From the NCBI RefSeq assembly GCF_035594765.1, contig NC_085847.1:9238001-9302000 (forward strand): a stretch of DNA of 64,000 nt, read 5' to 3'. The notes beneath the pieces are model-generated. The model was given only the letters and a program-made list of their open reading frames with translations. It made no database searches and had not been told where the DNA came from. Shown one piece after another: positions 13,320 to 24,669 of this stretch. This DNA comes from Anolis carolinensis (lineage: Eukaryota). Each line of letters opens with the position of its first letter. Positions within the stretch are counted from its first letter, which is position 1. The position numbers and the translations under genes are program-made.

Positions 13320-13346
13320 AATAAATAAAATGAGATATTTATTAAA
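13320..13346 (+). terminator. Probable KMT5A polyadenylation signals (AATAAA twice, then ATTAAA)
   Basis: aataaataaaa...attaaa followed by U/GU-rich sequence, about 1.9 kb after the stop codon. Confidence 0.6.
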
Positions 13347-13599
13347 CATGAACTGCTGGTTCTTCCTGCCTCTGGGTGTTTCCGGATTAGGATTTGGCCG
13401 ACTTTTCCAGACTCAATTGGGTTGTCTTATCGGCTTGCAAATCTCCATACTTGCAATTTAATTGCCAGGTTTGTCGTCACTGGCTATACATTTCGACATT
13501 TCACAACAAAATTGAGTCCTACGGTGTCGGTTTTTCATATTGATTCCACATTTTCAGACCATTTTTTGTACAGTTTTTGAGATGAAAGCCATTTGGGAC

Positions 13600-14035
13600 A
13601 CGGGGATATTATCCATAAACTATGCAAAGTAAAATTCACTCAATAACTAGACAACAAATGGAAAACTAGAAAATAAACGGACTGGGAAATGATTAAAAAA
13701 TATTTAAGAGAGGAAAAAATAAAGATCTTAATTTGAGATCTAATAATACTAGATTAAGTACTAAACCTCACAACAAGAGAAAAGTAATGATCTGGGTTAC
13801 CAGGATGAATTTGAGAACTTATTAAAGGAAAAAAAAAAGAGATTGAGCGACACCATGCAATAGTTGGAAGTTTATTTTATACTTTACATGTTTTTGTCTG
13901 TTTTTTGTCTGTTTAATTTTTACTTTTTTAAAACTTTTTTCTCTTTTTTCCCTTTTTTCTTAGTTCTGTAATTTATTTTATTATATGTTTATGTTGAAAA
14001 TAACACTAATAAAATTTTATTTTATAAAAAAAAAC
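13600..14035 (+). mobile_element. Probable L1-like LINE 3' fragment
   Basis: A-rich ORF-like remnant, T-rich UTR, AATAAA and a poly(A) tail. Confidence 0.4.
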
Positions 14036-15289
14036 AACTAGACATTATAATAGGAAATTGGGCGAGGCATTTGAATTAGCCTAAAACATCCGGAATAGAT
14101 CAGTATGTGGTGGAGTCACCTTCCTTGGGTTTTTGAACAGAGACTGGCCATCTGTTCAGACGGTTTGGGTTGTGTTTCCTCGCATGGCCAAATGAGGTTG
14201 GACTGGATGACCTTAAGTCGGTCCCAACTCTAGAATATTATGGTATTTTGATATCAGGGATAGAGTTACGGTTCTGCAGAAAATAGAGGTCTTTCAAAGC
14301 CTTCGATGACAAGAAAATTTATTTAATTAATTACTTTATTTATTTAATACATTTATATCCCGCCCTTCTCACCCCGAAGGGGACTCGGAGCGGCTTACAA
14401 ATTAAATTTACATACAATATTATATTATTAGCATAGCACAATACTGGCAATAAATTACCGTATTGTACTATATCTATATATTGTAATATTATCAATAATA
14501 TTACATGTAATATATAATTAATATTATATTGTATTACAAAATCATATTATTACTATTATACGCATAATAGAAAAGTATAGAAATCGTCACTCTACCAACC
14601 ATTTGGGGGATTCTGGGCTTTGTTGCTCCACTGAATGACTCCCTTTCGAAAGAACACCTCCAGTGATGCTTACAAACAACTCTGAAATGATTCTAAGAAC
14701 AAAGTAAGAAATTTATTTCGGCTCTTAGTAAACACAGAAGCATTTTCCAGTAGGATGTTTGTAACAGAGATGAGAGAGAGGTAGTGCTGTTCTTTACACT
14801 GGGAAGCCACTGAGCTCATGTTCAACAGTGTCGCTCTCAAAACCCCTTCCATTAAAAAAAAATATGACAAAATTCTCATTCAATGTTGGTCCCCAAGTGC
14901 ATATCTGCTAGTTCAATCCCTCCTCAAGCACCGTCACTCTGTACTACCCACAAATAGCACTATTTTCCTCGGCAGTTCCTCTCAAAACAAGAATCTACGG
15001 CATTCCTTAAGGCAAGAGTGGGGGGGTGATGGGACTTGTAGTCCAACTAATCTGTACGGCTACTAATTCCCCAGTGCTGGTTTATGCCAATAAGGAGATC
15101 AAAAGTAGAAAAGGTGCTAACTTTGCATTATAACTTTGACACAAGAGATGCTGGCGCTTCCAGGGGCTGCAGACGACGAGACAGACAAACGTCGTTGAAA
15201 ATTGCAGTTCTCGGCATCGCGGCATTGCTGCTTGGTCTCTGCGGCCTGAGCCTCTGAACGGAAAAACAGGAGGAACCTCCTCGAGGCCT

Positions 15290-17831
15290 TTAAAAATTGA
15301 ACCTGTAGACATACAAGAGCAGAAAGGCTTGAATCCCATTGCAGAGACCCAAAATAATTTAGGCTAAAAATGGCATTTTAGTAAAACTTTTTTTATCCTG
15401 GGAGGCTCAGGGCAGGATCCAAAGGCCCCATCCTGGTGCCGTGAGTTAAACCCTTGGCAGTTCAAATCCGCAGGACAGGATGAACTCCCGCTGTCAGCCC
15501 TAGCTCCTGCCAACCTCGCAGTTCCAAAACATGCAAACGTGAGTAGATAAATAGGTACTGCTTCAGCGGGAAAGGCATAAAGACGCTCCAAGCAGTCATG
15601 TCGGTCACACAATGCAGATTTCTCGGCTTGGAAATGGAGAAAAACACCACCTCCCGAGGCCAGAAATGAAAGGAGAAGCCTTTGCCTGTGTGTATGTGTG
15701 TCTCATTGTATTGCAACAAGACAATGAATATTTGCCTGTATCTGTTTATTATTATTTATTAGCGACATTTATATCCCGCCCCTCTCACCCCAAAGGGGAC
15801 TCACAGCGGCTTACAAGTCGTATGTACATACAATATATTATATTATTCGTATAGCACAATATAAGCATTATTTATTGCTATATTGTGCTATAACACTATA
15901 TTGTAATATTATTTGTAATATTACATGTAATATAAATATACCATGATAATAGTGTATTATTATTATTATATTGTATTACATTAAAATCTTATTATTATAT
16001 ATTATTATATATACTGTAATCCGCTCTGAGTCCCCACAGAGAGAAGGACGGAATATAAATAAAGTATTATTATCATATACTAGCTTTGCCCGGCCACGTG
16101 TTGCTGTGGCTTATGCTTTCAGAGTGTTGCTCTTTATTTACTGTCCTGATTTTAGAGATTATATTGTTCTGTATTATTATTAATTGCTTTGAATGCAATT
16201 TCCTGCTTCTTGGCAGAATGGGGTTGGACTGGATGGCCCATGAGGTCTCTTCCAACTCTACTATTCTATGATTCTATATCACAGTAATTATTACATATTA
16301 TATTTATAATCTTATCTGCTTAGAACTGGATTATATGAGGCCCCTTCTTCACAGCTGTATAAAATGCACACTGAAGTGGGTTATATGGCAGTGTGGAGTC
16401 CAGATAATCCAGTGCAAAGCAGATAATGTAAGATTATAAATGGGTAATATAGCTGTGTGGAAGGGCCTTGAGTCTACACTGCCATATAATCCAGTGCAAA
16501 TTAGATAATCTGTGGAACAGGCTGAGGCCTAAGTCTGCCTGTCTCCTGGGCTGAGTTGGTTGCTAGGAGACCAAGTGGGCAGAGATTAGTCCTCTAACTG
16601 GCAGCAATTGGATAAAAACAATTATTGTTCTCCCTCTAATTAAGACTTTATTTTTCTTTTTTTGTTGTATCAACCTAGAGGCATGGATGATGGGTTGTGT
16701 TGTCAAATTTCGAGGTTGGGGGGCCTGTAGTTTTGTTGTTTTGTTGGTCGCCGTGATGCCATCACTCATTTTTATATATATAGATTACTCAATAATAGAG
16801 TCTTCTAACTTGCTGGTAGGATCTGAAATGGTTTGATGGTTCATAAAAGGTACTCCAACTGGAAGTTAGAATGCCTTTCTGTTTTCTATTCTGGTCTTTT
16901 CAAACTGGCCCACCAAAGAAGACGCTGCCATCGTACTCACAGGCGCCGGATGATGGCTTTCTCTTCCCTTCCTTTGCTGGGCCCAGAAGCTTCTGTCGGC
17001 TCAACCCAGTCCTGCTTCTGTGAGATGAAGCCACTGCGGACGTAAAGGGAGAACGGAGACATTACTTCGTGCAAAAATCAAAGCTCTGGACAACACTGCA
17101 TCCCTAGCTTTCCCATAACACTATGCAACAAAATTCCAGAATCACAACTACCGGTGCCCATTTTTGTGGCTGCCATGTATATACTGTATATACACGAGTA
17201 TAAGCCCTTTTTTTAAGACTGAAAAAGCCCCCCTCGGCTTATACTCGGGTGAGGGTCCTGTTTGGCTTATATTTGGGTCAGCTTATACTCAAAAATATAT
17301 GGTACATTTATTATTTTTCTCTGTTATTATTGGTATTATTACATTTATTATTTTTCTCTATTATTGTTGCTACTATTACATTTATTATACTCTATATTTA
17401 TTTTTATTAATACATTTGTTATTTCACTCTGATCTTATTATTATATTTATTATTTTACTCTATTACTACACGTATTATTTTACTCTATTATTATTAAAAG
17501 GATACATAAGCACATTTACATTGAAGATGAGAATAATGATTTAATCAGAGTTAGACAATCTTATCTTAAAATAGAGCTTTATGTAAATATTTAAAAACAT
17601 TTAATCTACTGATTAATTTAATTTAGCCTGGGATCTACGAATTAGTCTCCTGTTTTTAACACTGTATCCTGCTTGTTGATTTTAATGATTGTTTTTATTG
17701 ATGTTGGTGTTTTTTACTGGGATAATTGTTTTATTGCTTTGTTACTGTTATTTGTTTGTTTTATCGGGCCAGGCCCCATGTAAGCCGCCCCGAGTCCCTT
17801 CGGGGAGATGGGGTGGGGAATAAAAATAAAG

Positions 17832-17881
<50 letters not shown>

Positions 17882-19439
17882 TGGTATTCATTTTTATTTC
17901 TGAAATTTACCACTCTCGGCTTATACTGGAGTCAATGTTTTCCCAGTTTTTTTGTGGTAAAATTAGGTGCCTCGGCTTATATTTGGGTCGGCTTATACTC
18001 GAGTATATACGGTATGTCAAACTGGTTGAGACTCAATGAGATATTCATTGAAGCCTATCGCAAAATGTGCTGCAGGATGTCCCATTCTGCAGTCTGATCA
18101 ACTTTACCCATGTTTTTTTTTTTGACAGAACCAATTATGAAATGGCATTGACAACCCAGGAACAAAAAAAAAATCATAGTGTTCCATAGTGCAATTCTTT
18201 CACCACTTTGTTTGCTATGACTTTTGTGCAGACACCAAGAGCTTGTTTCACAAGGGGAAAATGAAAGCATTGACAGCTCGGAAATGGCGGCACTTTTGCA
18301 CATTGAAAAAATAATAAAAATGACAAGGAGAGGTTTATATGTCCAGCGAATTGGAGCCTTCATGTACAGGAACATGCCTAGTTTTGCCTATCACTGCCTA
18401 GTTTTGAGATCAGTGGCCTAGCCAGCAACCTGGATGTGCCATGCTGGCAGGGGCAACATGTTCTTATTATTAGTACAGTAGAGTCTCACTTATCCAACGT
18501 TCTGGATTATCCAACGCATTTTTGTTATGTTTTCTATATATCATGATATTTTGATGCTACATTCGTAAATACAGTCATTACAACATAACATTACTGCGTA
18601 TTGAACTACTTTTTCTGTCAAATTTGTTGTATAACATGATGTTTTGGTGCTTAATTTGTAAAATCATAACCTAATTTGATGGTTAATAGTTTTTTCCTTA
18701 ATCTCTCCTTATTGTCCAACATATTTGCTTATCCAACGTTCTGCCGGCCTCTTTACGTTGGATAAGCGAGACTCTACTGTAGTAGTTTTTTTTCTGTGTC
18801 AGGAGCGACTTGAGTCTAATTATTAATGATAATATATTATTATTGTTGTTGTTTATTGATACCCCATTTTTTCTCTCCACAAGGAGAACCAAAGCATAGA
18901 CACAATATCCAGAATTGTGTCCCTTGATGGAGCGGAACAATCACGGAGCGGAACGCTGTTCTGCCGTTTGTCTCCAATCGCTCAGACTCGCAGCGATATC
19001 AATGGAGAGCACTGTGGAAACCCTCCATCCTTGGTTCATCCAGAGTTTAATTGGAGACACAGGATGCACCTCCTGATCTGCCCAGGGCACGCGAGGGGCT
19101 TGCGTGCGAATCCGCCCCAAGAACGTTCCCGAGAAGTGCCGGCCGCTCACCTCTTGTAGCACTGGAGCTCTTCCTGCGCCACCAGCAACTGGGCCTTTAG
19201 CTGGTTGCGCTCCTGGAGCACCTCCCGCAGCTCCTGAAGGGTGAAGCGGGGCCGGTTAGCGTCCGTAAGGTCTATGACCATCTTGTCGGGCCCAAGGTTC
19301 ACCTGAAAGAGCGGAGGCAAGTGGTAAGAATCAGGGACAGAGGTGCCCAAAAAACTCCCCAAATGGCCCAGTCGCCCTAGGGACAGAAGACGCAGAGGTC
19401 TAGCATTCCAAACCCTCCGCTGAATACAAGCGAGATTCC

Positions 19440-19495
<56 letters not shown>

Positions 19496-21740
19496 TGGAA
19501 CACAACACACCAGACATCACAGTTGTGGAAAAGAAAAAAGTTTGGATCATTGATGTCACCATCCCAGGTGACAGTCGCATTGACGAAAAACAACAGGAAA
19601 AACTCAGCCGCTCTCAGGACCTCAAGATTGAACTTCAAAGACTCTGGCAGAAACCAGTGCAGGTGGTCCCAGTGGTGATGGGCACACTGGGTGCCGTACC
19701 AAAAGATCTCAGCCGGCATTTGGAAACAATAGACATTGACAAAATCACGATCTGCCAACTGCAAAAGGCCACCCTGCTGGGATCTGCATGCATCATCCGA
19801 AAATACATCACACAGTCCTAGACACTTGGGAAGTGTTCGACTTGTGGTTCTGTGATATGAAATCCAGCATATCTATCTTGTTTGCTGTGTCATAATAAAA
19901 TAATAATAATTTTATTCTTGTACCCCGCCTCTATCTCCCCGCAGGGACTCAGGGCGGCTTACAAAAGAGTATACATACAAAAACATCAAATACCCAAAAC
20001 GCACAAATGAAAAGATACGATTAAAATCAAACCATTAATAAGACAAAGTTAAAAACACATCAATAAAACATAAGGATGGGCGGATCAAAGTGCACCAAGT
20101 GAGACTTGTAAACATGGAGGAAGTTAAAAGGCTAAGCACCAAACTGCGGAGCAGAGGAGCACTTCTCTTTTCTCCAAAAGCGAAAAGAGGCTCTCACAAC
20201 CACCACATCGGGCTACGCAGAGAAGCCACTGAAATCCACAAGCGTGTGGACAATTTCAACAGAAAGGAGGAGGAAACCATGGAAAAAGAACACAATCTGA
20301 CGACTAGTATTTAAAAACCTCTACAATCAGGACAGTAAATAAAGGACCACACTCAGAAGACAAGGGAATTCCAGACAGGAAACAATCAGGGCCAGCTAAC
20401 ACCTCCCAACAAAAAATTCACTCAGGGAGGAAACAGCCAGGCTTTAAAGCTGCAAGGCCATTACATCCTAATAATTTTTCCTAATTGCAGCATTCATTCT
20501 TGCCTCCAACAGACAAAAAAAAAATCAGAAATACTGTATATTCACAACCTTTAGGAAATAATGGCGCAGCATGTTAAAGTGCTGAGCTGCTGAACTTCTG
20601 GACCGAAAGGTTTGAATTGGGGGAGCGGAGAGAGCCCCCACTGTTAGCCCCAGCTTCTGCCAACCCAGAAGTTCAAAACATGCAAATGTGAGTGCATCAA
20701 TAGGTACTGCTCCGGCGGGAAGGTAACACTGCCCCATACAGTCATCCCACATGACCTTGGAGGAGTCTACGGACAACGCTGGCTCTTTGGCTTAGAAATG
20801 GAGATGAGCACCAACCCCCAGAGTCAGACATGACTGGACTTAAAGTCAAGGGAAACCTTGACCCTTGACCTTAACTACCACCAATTTCTCAATACTTTAT
20901 TTCCCAGACCACCAGACTTCGCCACAGCAACGCGTGGCCGGGCACAGCTAGTTACACATATAAGGCAAACATTCAATGCCTTAACATAGAACAAAGACAG
21001 AGACAAACGTAGGCTCCAAGCTGGCCTCGAACTCATGACCTCTTGGTCAGAGTGATTTGTTGCAGCTGGCTGCTCACCAGCCTGCGCCACAGCCCGGGCC
21101 TTATACTCGAGTATATACGGTATATCTTTTTGGGCACTGAAAAACACTTTTTATAAGAATAATATAATAATAATAAAACATGATTTCTATTGCGCCCTCT
21201 CTCCTTTCATCTGCACTGGCCAATCTCTATTTTTCCGAACAGATCAGAGAGAACAGGTCAGTCAGTCTAACAACTGAAGCCAAATGTCTTGCATATTCCA
21301 TCTGGTTGCGTGCAACTTGAGGAGATTTCCAAAAGAGACACAATCAAAGCATCCCCGAGAGACGGCCAGGCTGCTCCCACCTGTTGGGGGCCCTGTCCCT
21401 GGCTGTGGGCGCGGCTCTCGTCCAGCTGCCTCCGGAGGCTGTCTCTCTCGAGGCGGAGGGCCTCCAGGGCCAGGTTGTTGTCCTCCACCAGCGCCTCCAG
21501 CATCTCCAGCACGCCGACCACCTTGAACTGGAGCTGGGCCACCCGGGCGGGCACCTGGGCGCGGGGCTCGGCGCTCAGCTGGTGCAGCTCCCGCCCCAGC
21601 ACGTAGGCCAGGTCGTAGACATCCTCGGCCGTCAGCTGGAAGGCGCTCTTAGCCAAGGCCCGCTCCGGATCCGCGCCCAGCCCGCCCGGCCGGCCTCCCT
21701 CTCCCTCCTCCTCCTGCTCCGGCCTCCCGTCCGCCTCCAT
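15290..21740 (-). CDS. RILPL2: RILP-like protein 2; exons 21740-21381, 19302-19151, 17033-16941, 15302-15290 (205 aa)
   Basis: RH1 domain LTAEDVYDLAYVLGREL and RH2 domain DANRPRFTLQELREVLQERNQLKAQL. Canonical splice sites give a 618-nt CDS ending RRLFNF*. Synteny with KMT5A and SNRNP35. Confidence 0.93.
15425..16065 (+). mobile_element. Sauria-SINE-related SINE with an L2-like tail, interrupted by an AT-rich L2-tail element
   Basis: Core aaaacatgcaaacgtgagtagataaataggtactgc shared with the SINE at 20.6 kb; 3' tail ccgctctgagtcccc...aataaag. Confidence 0.6.
16080..16784 (-). mobile_element. Non-autonomous Helitron
   Basis: 5' TCTATATATATAAAA, 3' hairpin GCCACAGCAACACGTGGC followed by CTAG, inserted between A and T with no TSD. 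Confidence 0.8.
17184..18012. mobile_element. Tc2-like element with an internal L2 3' fragment
   Basis: Family termini present; L2-like tail gccgccccgagtcccttcggggagatggg near 17780. Confidence 0.7.
18476..18779. mobile_element. Tigger-like MITE
   Basis: TIR pair with TA flanks. Confidence 0.85.
19496..19892 (+). mobile_element. R4/Dong-clade non-LTR retrotransposon 3' fragment encoding a restriction-like endonuclease C-terminus
   Basis: HNTPDITVVEKKKVWIIDVTIP...EKLSR (PD-D...K type RLE motif), flanked on both sides by (TAA)n. Confidence 0.85.
20165..20520 (+). mobile_element. Penelope-like element fragment (GIY-YIG C-terminus and LTR)
   Basis: REATEIHKRVDNFNRKEE resembles the PLE endonuclease end, followed by the LTR motif seen at 7.8 and 54.3 kb. 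Confidence 0.7.
20560..20874 (+). mobile_element. Sauria SINE
   Basis: tRNA-like head, central core and 3' gactggacttaa..gtcaagggaaaaccttgaccc tail; a further 3' fragment at 30846-30929. Confidence 0.75.
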
Positions 21741-22150
21741 GCCCAGCCCGATCTCAGACCCACTTCCGCCTTCCAAACTTTTCCTCTCCACTCCGGCCAA
21801 CCAAGCAGCCAATCAGGAAGCCGCAGCCCAGCTTCGAGGAGGTGGAGTTTGGGTAACCGTGGCAACGGAGGCGGGGTTTCGTTCCCAGTGCCGCGTCCAA
21901 AAAACGAGCCGTCATTTCTTCTTTTCTTCCGCTCGGCAGATTCGCCACAAACAACCGCCGCCGGTGACGCCATCGGAAAAGGGCCCTTCTTATACCCTAC
22001 AACACAAAAGAGCCCTTCTTATCCTCTACAGAGTCAGTCTCATCCTGGAAGCGGAGTGTTTGTCTCCGTTTGTGGCGAATCGGCGGCTGCGGACAAGAAA
22101 CGGCCCCTCTCTCAACCCGCCTGCGCAGGGCGTTCCAAACGTGGCGGGTG
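21741..22150. promoter_or_regulatory. CpG-island bidirectional promoter of RILPL2/SNRNP35, including the SNRNP35 non-coding exon 1 (donor GTGAGT at 22148)
   Basis: GC/CpG-rich between head-to-head genes. CCAAT near 21809, X-box-like GTAACCGTGGCAAC at 21853-21866, GC box near 21870. Confidence 0.75.
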
Positions 22151-22663
22151 AGTGTTGGGCTTCTTCTTCTCCAGACTCCATTGGGAAGGAGGCTTCCTAG
22201 GGACTAGAGCCCTGGGAAGGGGCTTTTTGGAAGGGAGAGAGCACATCTAGGGCCTAGCGTTTGGGGAATGGGAGGGAGATCCTTCCCAGATGCAGCCAAG
22301 AATCGCCTTGGCTTTTTGAGCTGCTGCTACAACACACTGTTGGCTCAGGTTCAGCTTGTTGCCCAGTAAGGCTGGATCTACTCTGGCCCATGAAATGGAT
22401 TACAGGAGTCTATTATAATTGTATATTTATAATACATGTAATATTAGTAATAATATTGCAATATAGAGGTATAGTACAATATAGTAATATACAATGTTTA
22501 TAATGTGCTATACTAATAATATAATATATTATATGTATATATAACGTGTATGCTGCCCTGAGTTCCTTTGGGTGAGAAGGGCGGGATATAAATGTTGTAA
22601 ATAAATGAGTCTACACTGCCACATAATCTGGGAGAAGCAGATAATTATCCTGGATCAGGTCCT

Positions 22664-22666
<3 letters not shown>

Positions 22667-22702
<36 letters not shown>
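22667..22702. repeat. (AT)n microsatellite
   Basis: Directly visible. Confidence 0.95.
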
Positions 22703-22706
<4 letters not shown>

Positions 22707-22878
22707 CAGTGTAGATCCAGCCTATGACTCCAAGATCCCTTTCACATACACTGATAGAGAAAAAATAAACACAGCGCAAAAAAACCTATAAGAATGACCT
22801 AAAATAATATCTGTTAAAAATACTTTTTGGCTTGTGTTACACTAATATGACGCGAAATGTGCAGACTTTACAGTAGTA

Positions 22879-22912
<34 letters not shown>

Positions 22913-23134
22913 GCAACATTTATATCCCGCCCTTCTCACCCGAAGGGACTTAGGGCAGCTTACAAGGTATATATACATACAATATATTATATTATTAGTA
23001 TAGCACATTATAAACATTGTATATTACTATATCGTACTATACCTCTATATTGCAATATTATTAGTAATATTACATGTATTATAAATATACAATTATGATA
23101 GTGTGTTATTATTAATATTGTATTATTATTATTA

Positions 23135-23442
23135 CAGTAGAGTCTCACTTATCCAAGCTAAATGGGCCGGCAGAAGCTTGGATAAGCGAGTATCTTGGAT
23201 AATAAGGAGAGATTAAGGAAAAGCCTATTAAACATCAAATTTGGTTATGATTTTACAAATTAAGCACCAAAACATCATGTTATACAACAAATTTGACAGA
23301 TAAGGTAGTTCAATACCCAGTAATGTTATGTTGTAATTACTGTATTTACGAATTTAGCACCAAAATATCATGATATATTGAAAACATTGACTACAAAAAT
23401 GGCTTGGATAATCCAGAGGCTTGGATAAGTGAGACTCTACTG
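23135..23442. mobile_element. Tigger-like MITE
   Basis: TIR pair with TA flanks. Confidence 0.85.
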
Positions 23443-23886
23443 TAGTTGGCTCTAATGTACCATTTGTCATATCTTTAAAAGTTGACGTGATGGAAAAAAA
23501 ATAAAGACACATGTAAAATCAGCATGGAAATGGATTTAAACTGCACTACGCTCTCATTTTATCAAAGTATGTCTATTTTATGTGACCTTATTAGTTTTAT
23601 AATTTGTTTTATTGTTGTGTTTTGTATTGCTTGTTTGGCCTGGGCTTGGCCCCATGTAAGGTGCCCCGAGTCCCTTTGGGGAGATGGGGCGAGGTATAAA
23701 ATTATTATTATTATTAAGATTATATTATTTCTGATGCTTGCAAAAAGTTTGATTTTGTTGAGATTGAACCTGGGATTTACTTCTCCAGCAGTGGGAATTA
23801 GGCAACCCCCTAAATGTCCTGGGACAGAGTCCGATGAAAGAAGGGATACTAAAGCTTTGTGGTGCTGTCTTTTTCCCTCCCAGAGA

Positions 23887-24669
23887 ATGAACGAGTGGGC
23901 CCCCATTGCCAAAGAGTATGATCCCCTCAAAGCAGGAAGCATCGATGGCACCGACGAGGAACCCCACGACCGCGCGGTCTGGAGGGCCATGCTGGCCCGC
24001 TACGTCCCCAACAAAGGCGTTTCGGGAGACCCCCACCTCACCCTGTTTGTGGCCCGGCTCAACTTGCAGACCACCGAGGACAAGCTGAAGGAGGTCTTTT
24101 CCCGGTACGGAGACATCCGGAAGATCCGCCTGGTGCGGGACCTGGTCACCGGCTTTTCCAAGGGCTACGCCTTCGTCGAGTACAAAGAGGAGCGGGCACT
24201 CATCAAAGCCCACCGAGACGCCAACAGGCTGGTGATCGACCAGCGAGAGATCTTTGTGGACTTTGAGCTGGAGAGGACGCTGAAAGGATGGATCCCTCGG
24301 CGTCTTGGGGGCGGCTTTGGGGGCAAAAAGGAATCGGGGCAGCTGCGGTTCGGAGGCCGAGACCGGCCCTTCCGGAAGCCCATCAACTTGCCTGCGATGA
24401 AAAGCGATTTTTATGGAGAGGGACCGATGGAAAGAAGAGATCGAGTGTGGTCCAGGGACGGGAAGACAAGGGACCGGGATCATGACAGGAACAGAGAACA
24501 GCGGCGGTCGGAACGGGACCGGGCGCAAGGCTGGGGCGAGAGGGAGCGAGAACGGCACGGTCGGGAGGAAAGGAACCGTGGGAGGGAGGGAAGGGACCGA
24601 GACCGAGAGAGGAAAGACCGAAGCCGGGACCACAGCTTGAAGAAAGCCCGGGATGAAGAGGGGCACTGA
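23887..24669 (+). CDS. SNRNP35: U11/U12 snRNP 35 kDa protein, single coding exon (260 aa)
   Basis: [24 protein letters not shown] (TLFVARL...KGYAFVEY), [29 protein letters not shown] and an R/E/D-rich tail. Splice acceptor at 23882-23883, just before the ATG; the ORF-track extension to 23524 is intronic. Confidence 0.96.
   Translation: MNEWAPIAKEYDPLKAGSIDGTDEEPHDRAVWRAMLARYVPNKGVSGDPHLTLFVARLNLQTTEDKLKEVFSRYGDIRKIRLVRDLVTGFSKGYAFVEYKEERALIKAHRDANRLVIDQREIFVDFELERTLKGWIPRRLGGGFGGKKESGQLRFGGRDRPFRKPINLPAMKSDFYGEGPMERRDRVWSRDGKTRDRDHDRNREQRRSERDRAQGWGERERERHGREERNRGREGRDRDRERKDRSRDHSLKKARDEEGH

Noticed and set aside
21384-22200. Long overlapping ORFs of up to 255 aa at the RILPL2 promoter (similar ones at 40.4-41.4 and 45.7-46.4 kb)
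   Set aside because: Stop-poor GC-rich CpG islands and antisense shadows of real exons; no domain signal.
23524-23886. N-terminal extension of SNRNP35 in the 381-aa ORF
   Set aside because: It is intronic sequence containing an L2 tail; a splice acceptor precedes the conserved ATG at 23887.
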